Assembly: GCA_973851085.1 (NCBI GenBank)
Contig: OZ316775.1
Location: 17,918,001-17,982,000 of the forward strand
Direction: 5' to 3'
Origin: Ptychomitrium polyphyllum
Lineage: Eukaryota
Length of the DNA stretch: 64,000 bases
Position 1 is the first letter of the stretch. Each line of letters begins with the position of its first letter. This document shows, one piece after another, positions 27,501 through 41,100 of the stretch. The notes under the pieces were generated by a model, which searched no databases, was not told where the DNA came from, and saw only the letters and a list, made by a program, of their open reading frames with translations. The translations under genes were made by a program, and so were the position numbers.

Positions 27501-30500
27501 GCAAATTGTGAACATTATGGAAACGTTTAAGAAGAGGCGGCAGCCACAAGCACCAGCGGTACCTGGTGGCCCTGCTGCCCCTGGTCATCCTCCTCCAGCA
27601 CCACAGGCCCCAGCACAGCCAGCGCCTGTCCAACAGCCTGATCAAGTCAGTATGGCTGGTGGTATGGCACAAGCACCACAGCAACCACCAACTCAAATGG
27701 TAATTATTCAGTTTGATGCTGTTGAATCTAATGTGTTCAGCTGAGGCGTGTTGGTAGGCATTTAAAGCACGCGAAACAAGTCGATCAAACTATTGTTAAA
27801 TGAAATCAATTCCAGATGGAGATGGGCTTCTCCATTGCTCTGCTCTGGACCCATTATCTTGTATGCCTTACTGCGTAGCTTAGCTCACCCCAAATCTAGG
27901 CTTGTAGTATGAAAATGCTTGACTAATTTTGAGTCCAATATTGTTTGATAGCTGCAAAATGGCCAATCACTTCAACAAGTCCCAAGCAACAACCCTGGAA
28001 TTCAGTCAGCACAGCATCAGCAGCAGCAGCAGTTGCAACAACAGCAACAACAGCAACAACAGCAACAACAGCAACAGCTGCTCTCACAGATGCAACAAGA
28101 AAAACAAGCTCAGCAACATCAACAGCTGAATGGGGGCGTCTCACAGGCTGCAGGAAGCATGCTTCAGCCCACTAATAGCGCCCTGACATCACTACAGCAC
28201 CACACAGGAAACGTACAGCAGCCTCTTGCAGGGGTCACACTGCAAACAAATGTGGTGCCCCCATCACAGCCCATGGGAGCTGCAATGCCCACTAACAGTA
28301 CAGGGTCAATGGGTCAAAGTGGATTGTCTACAATGCAAACAAACTCTGTAAGCATTGGTGTTATTTTCTTCTGACTTTTATTCTATGTTATATTTGCTAG
28401 ACTCTCACAAAGGCTGATATTTCTTCTTTCATAGGATCGTGTGTTGTGTGGTTTTTTAAAAAGAAGTTCTGTTCCGGGAATCATCTAACTATTTAATTTT
28501 TTTACTTATTGTTCTGATAATACAGTATTCAAATTTTTGGGGCAGAACATAGTATAATTGCTTACGTTGTGTTTTCATTGAATAACTGTACTGCAGAATG
28601 CGCCTGGGACATCTTTGCAATCCAGTATGAATCTACCGCAGTCCAATGGGTTTAGTTCGCAGAATGGTGTAAACACTTATCAGCAAAGTCCCAGTAACTC
28701 ATTGCAGCAAAGTGGGATCACGTCATTACAACAGAACGGTAGCAGTGTTACCTCGTTGCCAAGTCAGAATAATACAATTCAGCAGCAGATGCTGAAGCAG
28801 CAACAAGAGCAGCAGCAGCAGCACCTTCTGCAAGTTCAGCAGGCTCAACAGCATCGCCTTATGCAGCAGCAGGTTGGTTCATTTCATTTGATTGAATATG
28901 ATCCATGTGGACATCGTTCTGATATTCGGTGGTATTTGACGCTAGGGAAGTTAGCTACACAAATGTGGTATGAGAACGTTAGGTTTTGAGGATTTAGAGA
29001 TTGTGTTTTTGGACTTAAAAACTTTAGACCAGACTCTCGTGTACAGCCAGTTGGGATTTATCAGGTTTATTTTTTGAAATACAGGACTTGCAGCAGCGAC
29101 AACTGCAACAGCAACAACAAATTCTTCAGCAACGACAAATTCAGGCAAATCACCAGAAGAACCAGGCTGCTCACCTGCAAGCGCTTCACGCCCAACAGGT
29201 TTGTGACGTTATTCCAGTACTCCTACGGGTGGTTGCAGCAGTTCTATTACTAATCGTTCAAATGCACTGTTATTCTGTGTTTGTTGTGATGTGGTTGTAT
29301 CCCTACATCTTTGCTTGCAGCAGCAAATGCTCGACTTATACACAGATATAAAGCTGGATGCTAACCTTAAGGCCAAGCAAGCAGCTGTCAAGCAGGTTTA
29401 TACTGATGGTTTCTTAGAGGCAATCTATTTGATGGACAGGTGTAGCAGTATCAAGTCCTAGTTGTCGCTTATCCAATGCAGGCTTGCACTTGACGCCGTC
29501 ACACGTTGTTGCACATCAGGCCACCTCTTGTTGATGGGCGGCAGTTGAGTAGTTTGTTGTTTTCGATGCGAGATGGTGTGGCAGTCTTTATGACTATCGG
29601 TGGCTAGCTGTTTTTGTAATAATGAGTCTCTTGGTATGCAGGCACTGATGCAGCAGCATACTATCAAGCAGCGACAATTGTATCAACAACAATTACAGCA
29701 GCAACAGCAACAGCAACAGTCTCACAAGGCTGGGTCCCCACAGTTAGTATCCTCCCCTCAGCTGATGCAGGCCCCGTCCCCTCAGATTTCGCAGCAGATG
29801 TCTCCTCAGCAGATGACAGCAGATCAAGCGTTTACTCCCATGCAGTTACAAAAGGTGCTATTTTTGGTTCTCTGCTTGCATTTAATGCCATTCATGAAGT
29901 CTCCAAGTGTATTTATATGTGCATCAACTTATGTGCGAATTGGAGGAGCATATTTTGATCATTCTCACGTTTTGATGGTAACGTCTGTAGAGTCCGGAAC
30001 TTTCATTTGAGGGTATCCTGTTCAATAAGAAACAGTAAATTGGTTGTGATATAACACTTCTGTGATTCAACGTAAAGCTGACGTAATTGTGTGCTCTGTT
30101 TTTGTGAATTCTCAGACAAGCACACCACCATTCCGAACACCGTCCCCTTCAACACTTCCTGCTACTCCTCCTACCCAAGATGAGGCAGACCATAAGGGCC
30201 CTACACCACCCACAAACTTTATTGCAACACCTAGCTCCCTGCAGGCTTTGCAATCACATATGGGTGGTGGTACAACACGGGCGATTAATACTCCAGGTAT
30301 GCCGGTGTCACCGCTCATGGATGGTGGCTTCTCGCCAAGCCCTGCCCAGTTAGGTATTGCACACGATGCTGTTCAAGCATTTTCTCCCGGGACACCACTT
30401 GTGGATAAGACAAATTCGACTGAACCCCCGCTTGAGCACTTAAAGAGAAAGGTTCAGCTTCTTCTTTAAGCGTTGTTCTTGTGTAGCTTTTTGCATTACG

Positions 30501-32175
30501 ATTTCTCAAACCTTCTCCTATTTTAGGTTGAATGATGAATGTTTCAGCATTGGGAGAAATAATTTTACAGCTTTAGACAATGTTGAACTTAGTGACAAAT
30601 GCTGAATGTACTTACCCCGAGAGTTTCTTGCAGGTGGACTCGATGCCAAGGGCAAGTCTCAGAGCAGCTGTGGATGAGATGAATGATATAATTAGTTGTG
30701 CAGAGAAACTAGGAGCCTCTGCCCCAGGTACTGGTTCTCGCGCTGCGATTGGGGAAGATCTTCCAGCCAAAACAAGATCATTGATCCAGGCCCGAGCTAT
30801 CTCCCAGGAGAACAGCAATGTCCCTAAGAGGAGGCGACGTGTTGATTCCATAGCTCTGAGCATGATATCCGCAGATGGAACAATTGCTAACACCCTGCAC
30901 AGACCTTGCTACAACACAGATGTTATCAACTACATGGTTTCACATATCAATAGTCCCCGTATAAAGGTATAATTTATTGTGATCCTTGTAAAGTCTTTCT
31001 TCAGGAACAATGTCATCAATCATCTTAATGCTTATGTAAATTGTAGTCCGGTAATTGTAAGTGATTGAGTATTGGTGGATGGATTGATACGAGGTCCTCT
31101 GTTGGTAGATGTTGGCGTTTTTATGCCGCCGAGTTATTGAAATCTGATGGTTGTTTTTACATTATCAGATCACAGCAAGTTTGGAGGAGGAGATTAGGAA
31201 TATCAATAGTCGCTTGATTGACACTGTCGTTGAAGTCAGCACTGAGGCCACCGAGGAGGTCGCAGCAGCAGGCCAGAACGGCATTGTGCTTTCTTGCTGT
31301 TACAGGGGCAACGCCTTGAGTCCGAACGTGTCGTTTCTCCAATCTAAAGACTATTCTATGGTATAGTCTCCAGTTAATGCTTAATCATTTTGGTGGCTGT
31401 TATCAGTGCGCTGTTGGTGTTTCCTACTGTGTTTTATGCTGATTTCTGAGCTCGCTTGACTGTGCTTCTTTATCTTTTTTGTTAGATAGTAAGATGTCAC
31501 TTGCGGTAGTTGCTAGGGATGCTCAAATTACCTTTCTCCCGTGGATTGTTGAAACATCAACACAGTGATCAACTGAATCGTGTTCTAAATTGTCTGTATA
31601 TGACAGGTATCCAGAGCAGTTCTCTATTTGACAGTGCCACCTACGTACCCTGAAAGTTCTCCAATTATCTGGTTTGACCAATCGGCTCCTCAAGCAAAGT
31701 AAGCATTTTTTAATTCATTTTCCCTTCTCCAATGAAGCTTTGAATTGGAAAATAAGCAGTAACTTATGATCATCCTATATTATTAAATGGGTGAAATACA
31801 CTGGTCTAGCAAAAATTCTGAATAATCCTTTTTCTTCGACGATATCAGTGTAGAGTCTGTAATATACGCTGGATAGATATGTTCGACATTCACTGTATAG
31901 TACGATATAGCTAATAGCATCCGTGTAGAATGTACAAGTGTCTGACATTGTGCTGATGCGAACCTTTGGATTATTGCAGCCACTACTGTTTGAGGGGAGC
32001 ACGAGATGAATTTCTGAGGAATGTGCGTTGCTTGCCAGCACCTCTTTCTCTTACCTCTATTGCAATTAGCTGGGATGAATGTGCTCGTAATTCCCTGAAC
32101 GAGTATGCCCACCAGCAAGGTGGTGGTAATTTCACCACAGCAATCGGTTCATGGGAGACATGCTTGACTACCTGA
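22638..32175 (+). CDS. MED15: Mediator of RNA polymerase II transcription subunit 15 (MED15a/NRB4-like): KIX domain, polyQ region, C-terminal domain; 21 exons, about 1328 aa
   Basis: N-terminal KIX: MDNSWRASLAHDSRQKIVKRIMDTLQRH...ELRKIAWRFEEKIFQAATDQQDYLRKISLKMLSLETK. Central domain: LKDKYLQDMNE...QLQKLKHYKDVLHRMIPYL...FEKQIV. C-terminus: APGTGSRAAIGEDL, LEEEIRNINSRLIDTVV, PPTYPESSP, WDECARNSLNEYAHQQGGGNFTTAIGSWE. Exons: 22638-22699, 23247-23358, 23631-23763, 24156-24553, 25085-25267, 25579-25713, 25850-26015, 26383-26466, 26885-26967, 27100-27174, 27367-27699, 27952-28347, 28597-28872, 29085-29198, 29321-29395, 29642-29854, 30116-30451, 30634-30966, 31169-31360, 31607-31698, 31980-32175 (3987 nt, in frame). 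Acceptors inside CAG tracts are ambiguous by multiples of 3 nt. Confidence 0.93.
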
Positions 32176-35100
32176 CTTAGCTTCTGAATTCGTATGTTTC
32201 TTCCCCAATTTATAAGTTATTGTAGCAGCCCACTTGCTGTGAGCAGTCTACAGATTGTTTTTGCTAACACTTTAACATAGTCATATAGTTCGCGGGAACG
32301 TTTTTGTTGTTCCAACAGATCAAGTCGTGGGGAAGGAATAACTCTACCGCATGAACCCTTGTATAATGCCCTGGTTTAGCTTTGTGCTTTGAAGAGTGTA
32401 TTACTGTAGTGTACATGGCTAATCTCTCTGTAGATATCCAGCAGCAGAGGACTCCGTTCCTGGTTGGCTGTAAGTGTACCGGATAGCCTTTGAGTGTAAA
32501 AACAGACTCCAATCAGAAAACATTTTTCAAAATTTTATTACAAGAAGTGTTAACCGATCTATTATGTTGACTACTAGTATATACTACTGCACATACTAGG
32601 CTAACATACTAAGTATCTTCAAATCATATCTGAAAGCAAACAACATGTCTCCAATCACTGCTCCTGTAAATACCCTCTTTGTGACAATCGTTATGTTCAC
32701 ATTCATTTAACAGGGCTTGATGCCTACATAACGTACAAATCTGACCCAAAGGGAATGCTAGAGACTAAGGAGCAAGCACTTAGTATGAATACTTTCAATC
32801 TCTAATCTCTTTGGAATTGGATGAGATATTTTTTTTGCCAAGGTCAATGAAGTTTTCAATGAGGTTAAAAAATGTCAATTTTAGAATTTCCAATTTTTTT
32901 TTTTTAAATTCTTTTGAGTTCAAAGGTATTATACAGTTAAACATCTATTACAATAAGTTTAAAATGAGTAAAAAAAGTCTTAAATACTTGGTATCTAATT
33001 AATTAAACAAATGTATTAATGGTATAAATATTGAATCTAATTGAATAAATTTAAACTGTGAATCAAAATTTTCAATTCCTTTTGCACATCATGTGTAAAG
33101 TCTTTATCAAAGTAATATATTATAATGGATCTCAAAAATCTTCAAAATATGAAATGGTTAAGTTCTTTTAAGGATTAAAGAATATAGACCAAAGGAATCT
33201 TAACAACTAGCATTATACTGTGGAATCTAAAAAGAAAGTACAATTCCATTCTTTATATATAGTTGACAATGGCTAATGGTTCAAACCAAAGTAAAATTGA
33301 ATTCTTAGAGCTAGATTTGGCCATGGTCATATAGTATATAAAATCAACCTTTTTTTAATCTTATTTATTTATATCATTTTATTTTGACACATATTTTAGT
33401 ACAGTGGCATTTGATTTTAGACATTCTTTATTTTGTTAAATTTGGATCATTTTTGAACAATTATAATCGATTTTGTACACAATAATAGTTTTTTAATGAT
33501 GTTTTTGGTACCAACGAGTTAGCAAAATGATGTAAAAACAACTTCCTAGCTGTGAGTTATTATTTTGGAATGAGTTCATTAGCTGAAAATAAATTATAAT
33601 ATATTATTAGGTAAATTACAAACTCTTTCTTTGGAAATTAAAATTTTGTGATTTTCCAGTTTGCAAAACCACATATTTAAATCCATCTTAGTGGGAATGC
33701 CTATAGCTGAGATATGAATGATTAAATTTAAAAGCCAATCAAAGTTATATTGAAAATAATTAGGTTAAAAAAGAATCAATAAGAATCATTAAGAATAAAT
33801 CCAAAAAGAATTAGTAAGATAATATCAAAAATTAAATTAAGAAGATTACAAACTAATAAGAATCAAGCATATAAGCCTTCCAATTTGGTAAAAAAATTCT
33901 AATAAGAATTGACTTGAAGAAGAAAAGGTTGTAACAAAATTACATGTCTTTCAAACATATTAGGCTTTTATAATGCATTGTTTGACATTATGTACCAAAA
34001 ATATAATTATGCATGGTGCAATGGTGCACCATCATCCTACATTATCTAATTGCATCATTGCATCATGCATTATTTGACATTGCACAATGCATAATTATGA
34101 TATACATGCAAATTTAAGATGTTTTAAGACAACATTAAGATAGCATGATTAAACACACATGAAAAAGCAAGAAGAAGATGCAAGAATCATAGAAACTCTT
34201 GTGGGCTTAATCCTTTAAACTCTATACAACAATTTTCAATAGACATGTGACTTTACGTAATAAAATTTTGTATAAGGTCATATTTGAAATTATGTATTTG
34301 TGATAATATAAAATAATATAGGAAAGTTAAAAATACTCAAGTTTTAATTTTATCAAAACTCCTTTTGGATCTTAAAGGCTTGACAATAATGCACCAATCT
34401 TCAACCAACCTTATTGCATTCCTCCAACTTTTGCACATGTGCCCTAAAAAGAATATGAATTCAAACTTGTGTATAATTCCTTATTTTACAGCCATTCTCT
34501 CATTACTACAGAAACACTTTAGAACTTGTGGTCTATAAAAAATATAAAATTTACATGGTTTGTGCTTACATAATAAAACAATGTAAATCATTGCACTTGA
34601 CGTTCATTCATTATGATTTATACTAAATAAAATACTTCTACTTTGCATATTCTTAGAAATAAGCATGTACAAAAATCAACTTGTAGTAGTGCTTTATCCT
34701 ATTCATAATAATGCATATTTTAAAATAACATTGTCTATCTAAGACATATATACAAATAACAACATATTTACTTCAAAAGCATACAGAGAATGTAAATGAT
34801 GTGGATTACAAATATACTAACCAAAATTATGTATGTAATTATAAGGATTGGATGGAAGGAATTGTATGCCAAGTGTTGGATTTGGTGTTGGATTTGAGAA
34901 TGCATCTTAAACATATTCATGTATTGAACAAACATTTGCAAAGCTTCATTAAGAAGAAGAAAGTCTTTAACACTTATACTTTCTTATTAGAATTATTCTC
35001 TTAGCACCATTGCTAGCAAAAAGTTGGAATTTGAAGCATCAAGTTTAGTAAGAATATTATGTGGAACAAGTAATAAATAGAAATATGGAGCCATATTGTA

Positions 35101-38100
35101 GGATTTGGAATTCTTTTATAATTTAGAGTGTAGAGAAGTTGGAATAGATTTCACTGAGGTTTTAAGAATCATGGATAATATAATGTTTTTGGAGGCTTGT
35201 AGGAATAATTAGAAGGTTATATGTGATTTTTATAAAATCGGAATATTAATAGAAGATTGCATAAAGCTTATAATGATGAATCAAGATGCCATTTGCACAT
35301 GCTTAATAATAATGCACTATTGAAATTTATACATTAAGCCAAGGTATATATTTCCACTTTCTAGGTCCCATTTTTGAAATTATTCAAGATTGTGGAGACA
35401 TTTAAAACGACCATGATTTTGCAAGCAATTGGTGAAGGCTTGGTGCAATCTTATAATAGGAAATTAGGAAAAATTATTGTCTTTGACAAGTGATGTAATG
35501 TAGATTATGCATTCTTTTTTTAATGTGGCTCTTAATGATGCTATTAATCTTTGTAGAAGTAATTTATTAAGTATGATGATTTGCTTAACATTTAATGGAG
35601 AGACTTGCAAAATCTTATGTAACTTAGGATATAAATCATATACAAAGTAGATTAGGAACATGTATAATTACATGATGTGTAAGCCTCAAATCCATGTTTA
35701 AGATTTGATGATGTGAAGTGTTGTTCTTAATAGAATCATTATGAAACTTCCAATGGCTCATCACTTTGCAATAAGAGGAGAAGGTGTTTTTCTCTCTCAG
35801 TGTTTAAGAATTTGAATTTAGGATAGAGCTGTCACGAAAGAATGTAAGCATACAAGTACATAGTTTCGTGCTCCTGAGATAAAGCCTAATTTTGGTGCAC
35901 ATTCTGCTTCAAAAACTCTTCTGTCATTCCCTCCAGCGTTTGATGAGACAAGAGGGTCCAAGATTTTGACAGCCATATGCTTGAGCATTCATTCTTTTGT
36001 CACCATTGTCCCTATTTGCTTACCGTTTTCTCCTCAACCACTTTGTAAAGGATTTTGCACTTGGTCAAGTGATGGCAGGTTCAAATTCAAGTAGATATCT
36101 GCATGACAGTTTGTAAACACATTATTGCTTTGCCGAAACACTATTTGTAGATAGTGATCAGATAGCTTAAAGGTGACGACGCAAAAGCTGCTGGCGCCAC
36201 TACATTTGGCATTATTTCAGCAGGCTGAGACAGCTCAATTGTGCGCGAGGTCTTTGACATCCGGGATTCCTGCACCGCTGATGTTGCAATTGTGAAGGCG
36301 TCCGTCCTTTTGAGGTGCAGACGATCCTCGAGCAACGGTGCTTGCAACCTTTTGATCTGAGTGTCCGAAGCTCCAATACCCCTGAGTTCTTGGCTCAACT
36401 TTCTAGAGATAGACTACTTCCTCCAAACCTCTCGGTGGCCACCTGGGCAAGATAAACAACGCAGACATAATTGTCGGGAAATTCTGCTCACCAATTCCAT
36501 CTTTCATTTGTTTCCAACGAGCAGAAGGCCATTGCCTTCGCCATCGTCCTGGTTCACTCCGCTGTGGGGGATGCTGCCTCTTTGTAGCCACCAGTATCTG
36601 GGTCCCCATAATACACAACTAAATCATCAATACAATCCACATACTGCAGTGCTTCCACAAATCTCACGTGGCGTTATGCTTTGAGTTATTCATGGCTTAA
36701 CAGTATTCATTCTTTCAAGAATTACCGCATATAGCAAGCATTACGTCTTTGAGAATTTCTGGGTATCTATCTAAGATTTGAAGCAGCACTAAACCCAAGT
36801 AACCCCTACAGCTTTGTGCAGTTGGCCGCCTTGGACTTTTGGTTTATTGGCCCGTGTAGGGGTTGATAGTATAATACCCCTTTTTTTACACCTCAAAGGC
36901 TGTGATTAGCAAAGATGAAAATAATAGTGAATAATACATACTTTGTAATTGGCATTAGTATGTGTTCATTTGCAAACAATTTATTTTCAAAAGTTTCTTC
37001 AACAACCCTTGTAATTGTCACTCTCTTCCAAATTTACAATTCTTCATTGAAGATATGTAATTTCATATTGTGAAAGGAAGTTTAGTTGAACCTTGAGCCA
37101 TGCTTGAGCCAATTCATCAATCTTTATTGCTGACTTTCTAAAATATAAGATATAGATTTTAATATGCTTCATCCAGTGGTTAAGTGCAACATTAAATCCA
37201 AGACACTACTTGATTACAATTGTAAAGTCTAAAGCCCTTCTTCAATCAATTCAAATACATTCAAAATTGCACTGGTTTAATACATATAATGCTACATCTA
37301 CTTACAATTATTAAATATATTAGTTTGAAACGAAAATGGTTAGTTATTAAACAATAGTTCCAACAAACCTTGTTATACATTATTTGTATCAGGAGAACTT
37401 GAGAATAAGTAATGGACTTTTAAAGATTCGTATTGTAAACTTCTAAATTGCGCCTTGATTTGATGTTCTTAGGAGGTACATTTTATGAATGGAAATTTAC
37501 AGATTTTCTTGATATTTGTGAATACGCTTTTTGGTAGGTGGTTGGTTTTGGATACATGTATATCTCGGTTACTTCTAGAGCATTGGTGCTGGAAATTTCA
37601 GTTCAGAATAAAAGGTGGTGGCAAGCGTTCGTCATATGGGCGACACACCCTGCAAACGAAAGAGAAGAAATGAGTACAACTCCAAACAGCATATAGCAAG
37701 TCCAGTTTGATGAAACAACTTACTACACGACGTTCAAATTGTATCCAGGAATCATTCACTTGAATTCAAAAGAATTAAATTTACCAGTGCAAGGAACTTT
37801 GCACCTTCATCGTCATTCATGTAATTTGCTGCAAGCCATGATTCTCAGTGACTTCGAAACATAACATAGATTAGCTGCACCACCCTTGAGACGAATCTTC
37901 AGCCAATTCCTGCAGACGGATCACAAGAGAATCGCAACCCAGTCGTCAAGAATCAGCCAGGTCTCGTGCTGAACTTAAATGAAATGGAGTGAGTGCTCCT
38001 CATGTTTATAGTGCTCTTCAGACGTGGGTAAACAGTGAATCTCAAGCAGCCTTGAGGTACAAATTTTCTGTTAACCTGATGAGGAGCAGGCTGAGCTGGG

Positions 38101-41100
38101 GCATTTTCGCATCACGCAAACTATAATAACCTGACAGCCTGGCCAGACTAGATCCCCAAGATTTGAACATGGTTCTAAAGGTCAACTTGCGATTTCGGAG
38201 GCTCAGCGACGAAGTCACACATTTTGTTATAGATGTGTAGGTATATCATAGTTTAGTTACAGAAAACTATACCGTTTCTGTATTTCCATATGAGATGCGT
38301 AAATGCTTTTTTTTTAATTAGTATAATTCATGGCATGATGCTGAGAGGTTACAATAAGGTATCGACGAGTGTTAATTTAAAGACTGCAATTCAAGTTGGA
38401 GTCAAGTTCATAAATTGAAAAGAGTGGTTGCATGTTCGACCTTGATCTAAGTCCTCAAGTCCAAACTTGGAAGGCATGCAAGGTCAACCTGATTAATGCA
38501 TGACATGGGATAATTGTAAATAGCGTGGCTAGCGTTATTGATAACTTTACAGTCTTGCTCGTAATGTAGGGCAATTTTTAGAAGATTAAGGAAACTATAG
38601 TAAGGTGGAAACAGTGACACATCTTCACATCCGGACCGTCTGATGTGAACCTTCGTGAATTCATGACCTCTTCTCCGCAGCAACTGAGGCAGTTGCTCAA
38701 GGTTTTTGACAAAATTGAAGCATATTGAATCCCGTCATCGCACCTAAGGCCATCTTCATCTACGGCAGGCATACATTCACGTCTTGGAATCTACAACTAC
38801 AGTAGATAATATCGAAATCTTGTCCGGTGACTATACGAATTCGACAATATCTACGGCTTTAATGGACTTTGAGCATTGAAATGTAAACTTCACGTTTTTA
38901 ATGTAAGTTATGAATATGAATCCCCGTGGTACAAATGGGTGCTTCGATGAATTGAAAAAGAAGAAAATTGAGTGCAAATGAGACACAAATAGAAACCGAA
39001 TGATCCTTGCTTGTCGGCAACAGCCCAAAAATTGGTGTAAGAAAGGAACCTGGAAGCCTCCGAAGCTTGATATAAACAAGTAAAGTAGATGGTACAGGAT
39101 TCCGAATTCCAAATCGGTGGTTATCCACTTGCGGAACCTAAAAAGTTGTGGCTTACACAACTTTCTGGTTTTGAATGCAAAGAATAAAGTATTGCAAAAT
39201 TTATTCAGATACAGTTATCATACCATGTGGGCAAACACAGTTTATTGCAGCATGTTTTGAATGCTTTAAGTCACTGAAAGAAGAAAGGAAAGGTTGCATT
39301 TGGCTTAAGAATCTTGCCCAAATGACACACTGCAGTTACTAACTTACTGCACAGTTTGTGCAAATTATTTAGATTTATAATTCAAGCTGGATTATTCTAA
39401 TTGGATAGAACCAGATCTTGAAGACTTGGTTTCTGAAATTTTGATTCAACCATCGGAGCTACGGTCTGAACAGCGTCTACATCTGATCTGTGTATTGTAA
39501 CATGATTCTTGTGTTTCGCGAGTTCGGAGGACATGCAGCTCCTTATTCAGGAAATTCCAAGAATCTCCCCAAACTGTTATAGTAAAGCAGAACCCATTGA
39601 CCAACACCTTTTTGACTGTAATAACGAACTTGAAGAAGTTTGTTAGACAGCTTCTTTGGAAGTCATTTAGATTCAATCTCAACTTGTTTTTTTTTTCTGT
39701 ATACTTTCCGAAATTTACCCTTTATTTTGCAAATATGGACTATCCAAATCTATAATGCAGAGTGCCATGCAAATATATTTGACAGGTTTAGAATCATCTC
39801 GCTTTCAGGAATGATGTACTGTACAGTATTAAGCACTCACATATTCTACACATCTTTACATGAATATTAATCCCTACTCTCACCTCGAATTTACCAACCC
39901 AACCTTGGAACCCAATCTTAGAACATAGATCAAATTGTTGTACCAATATATCTCCATATGGTATACCACTGTTACTTTTGGCAAAACAAAACAAAACAAA
40001 ATTGGTGCTCTTGGATCTGTCTTTGGCCTTGGCAGTCTATAACAGGTTTGATTCATGAATGTCTTTTGTTGGAAGATTACATGACGAGGTGTATGGTTCC
40101 AACTTTTTGTAAATTGAAAGGACTCATTGATGAGTTGAGTGCATGAGTCAAAGTATGTCTGTTGATTCTTGTGGAATGTTGGATCAACACATAAGTAACA
40201 ACAATCCAACAAAGTCACAAATTATGACAGGCTTTTGTATGAGTACAGGTAATGACCATTGACCAAATTCTGTTGTGATCCACCTAAATTAAGGGTTATA
40301 ATTTTTGATTCTTTTGAGATTACTGGCATTGGATCCCTGGGCATTTTATTAGATGTTACTCATGCATTTTAATATATGTAATTTAATTTGTAAGAATCAC
40401 ACACAAGAAAAATCATAAGATTCACCAAGCATAGTAAAAGGGTCTTAAATCTCATGGTCATCAAAATTATATAAGAAAACTTTATAAAATTTACATAATG
40501 TAATATGTATAGATCAAGAAAAATTTCCCTCACAAAATCATTTATCATACAGATTCTACAGGCTAATAATTGAAATTCCTTTTAAGGCTGAAATCACAAA
40601 CATTTGAGTTTTAAGTATTTTTTTAATAAAGATTAGGATTATTTCCAATTCTAGGTTTTTATTTTTTTTCAATAAATTTTATTATCTTTCAAAAATTTAA
40701 AAAAAATCTAGTTGAGTGCCCTTATATCATGACAAATGATACTAGACCAATACTTCACTTCTTTTGTAAGTGTCAATATTTTTTGACTTAATTAGAATAT
40801 GTAGACATATATTTTGCAATAGAGTGATGGAAAGTCATGTAAAATTGTAGTATAAGGTACTAAATGTATCACCAATGTTTTAGATTCAATCATATAAGAT
40901 GACCTAAGGTTTCACATATTAATAAGAATAATTTGTCAATTGAGAGGTTGTAATATTGATGCTAATGGAAGCAATCATTTTCACTAACTTTACCTCAATG
41001 AAATCCATTGCTATGAAGGCATGTATATTAAAGCTAACTTTGATTTTGTTATTGTAGAACAAAAGATGATGTATCAATAAATTGTAGAAAAAGTTGTTCA

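Noticed and set aside
24975..28175. Poly-Ala, poly-Leu, poly-Ser/Asn and Thr/Ala ORFs
   Set aside because: Alternative-frame or antisense readings of the MED15 CAG/CAA tracts.
34380..34600. Possible gypsy RT remnant (APIFNQPYCIP...VYKK...MVC)
   Set aside because: Too degenerate to support without a profile search.
36141..40218. Scattered 60-112 aa ORFs in moderately GC-rich patches
   Set aside because: No recognisable domain and no consistent spliced model could be built; may be gene remnants but unsupported.
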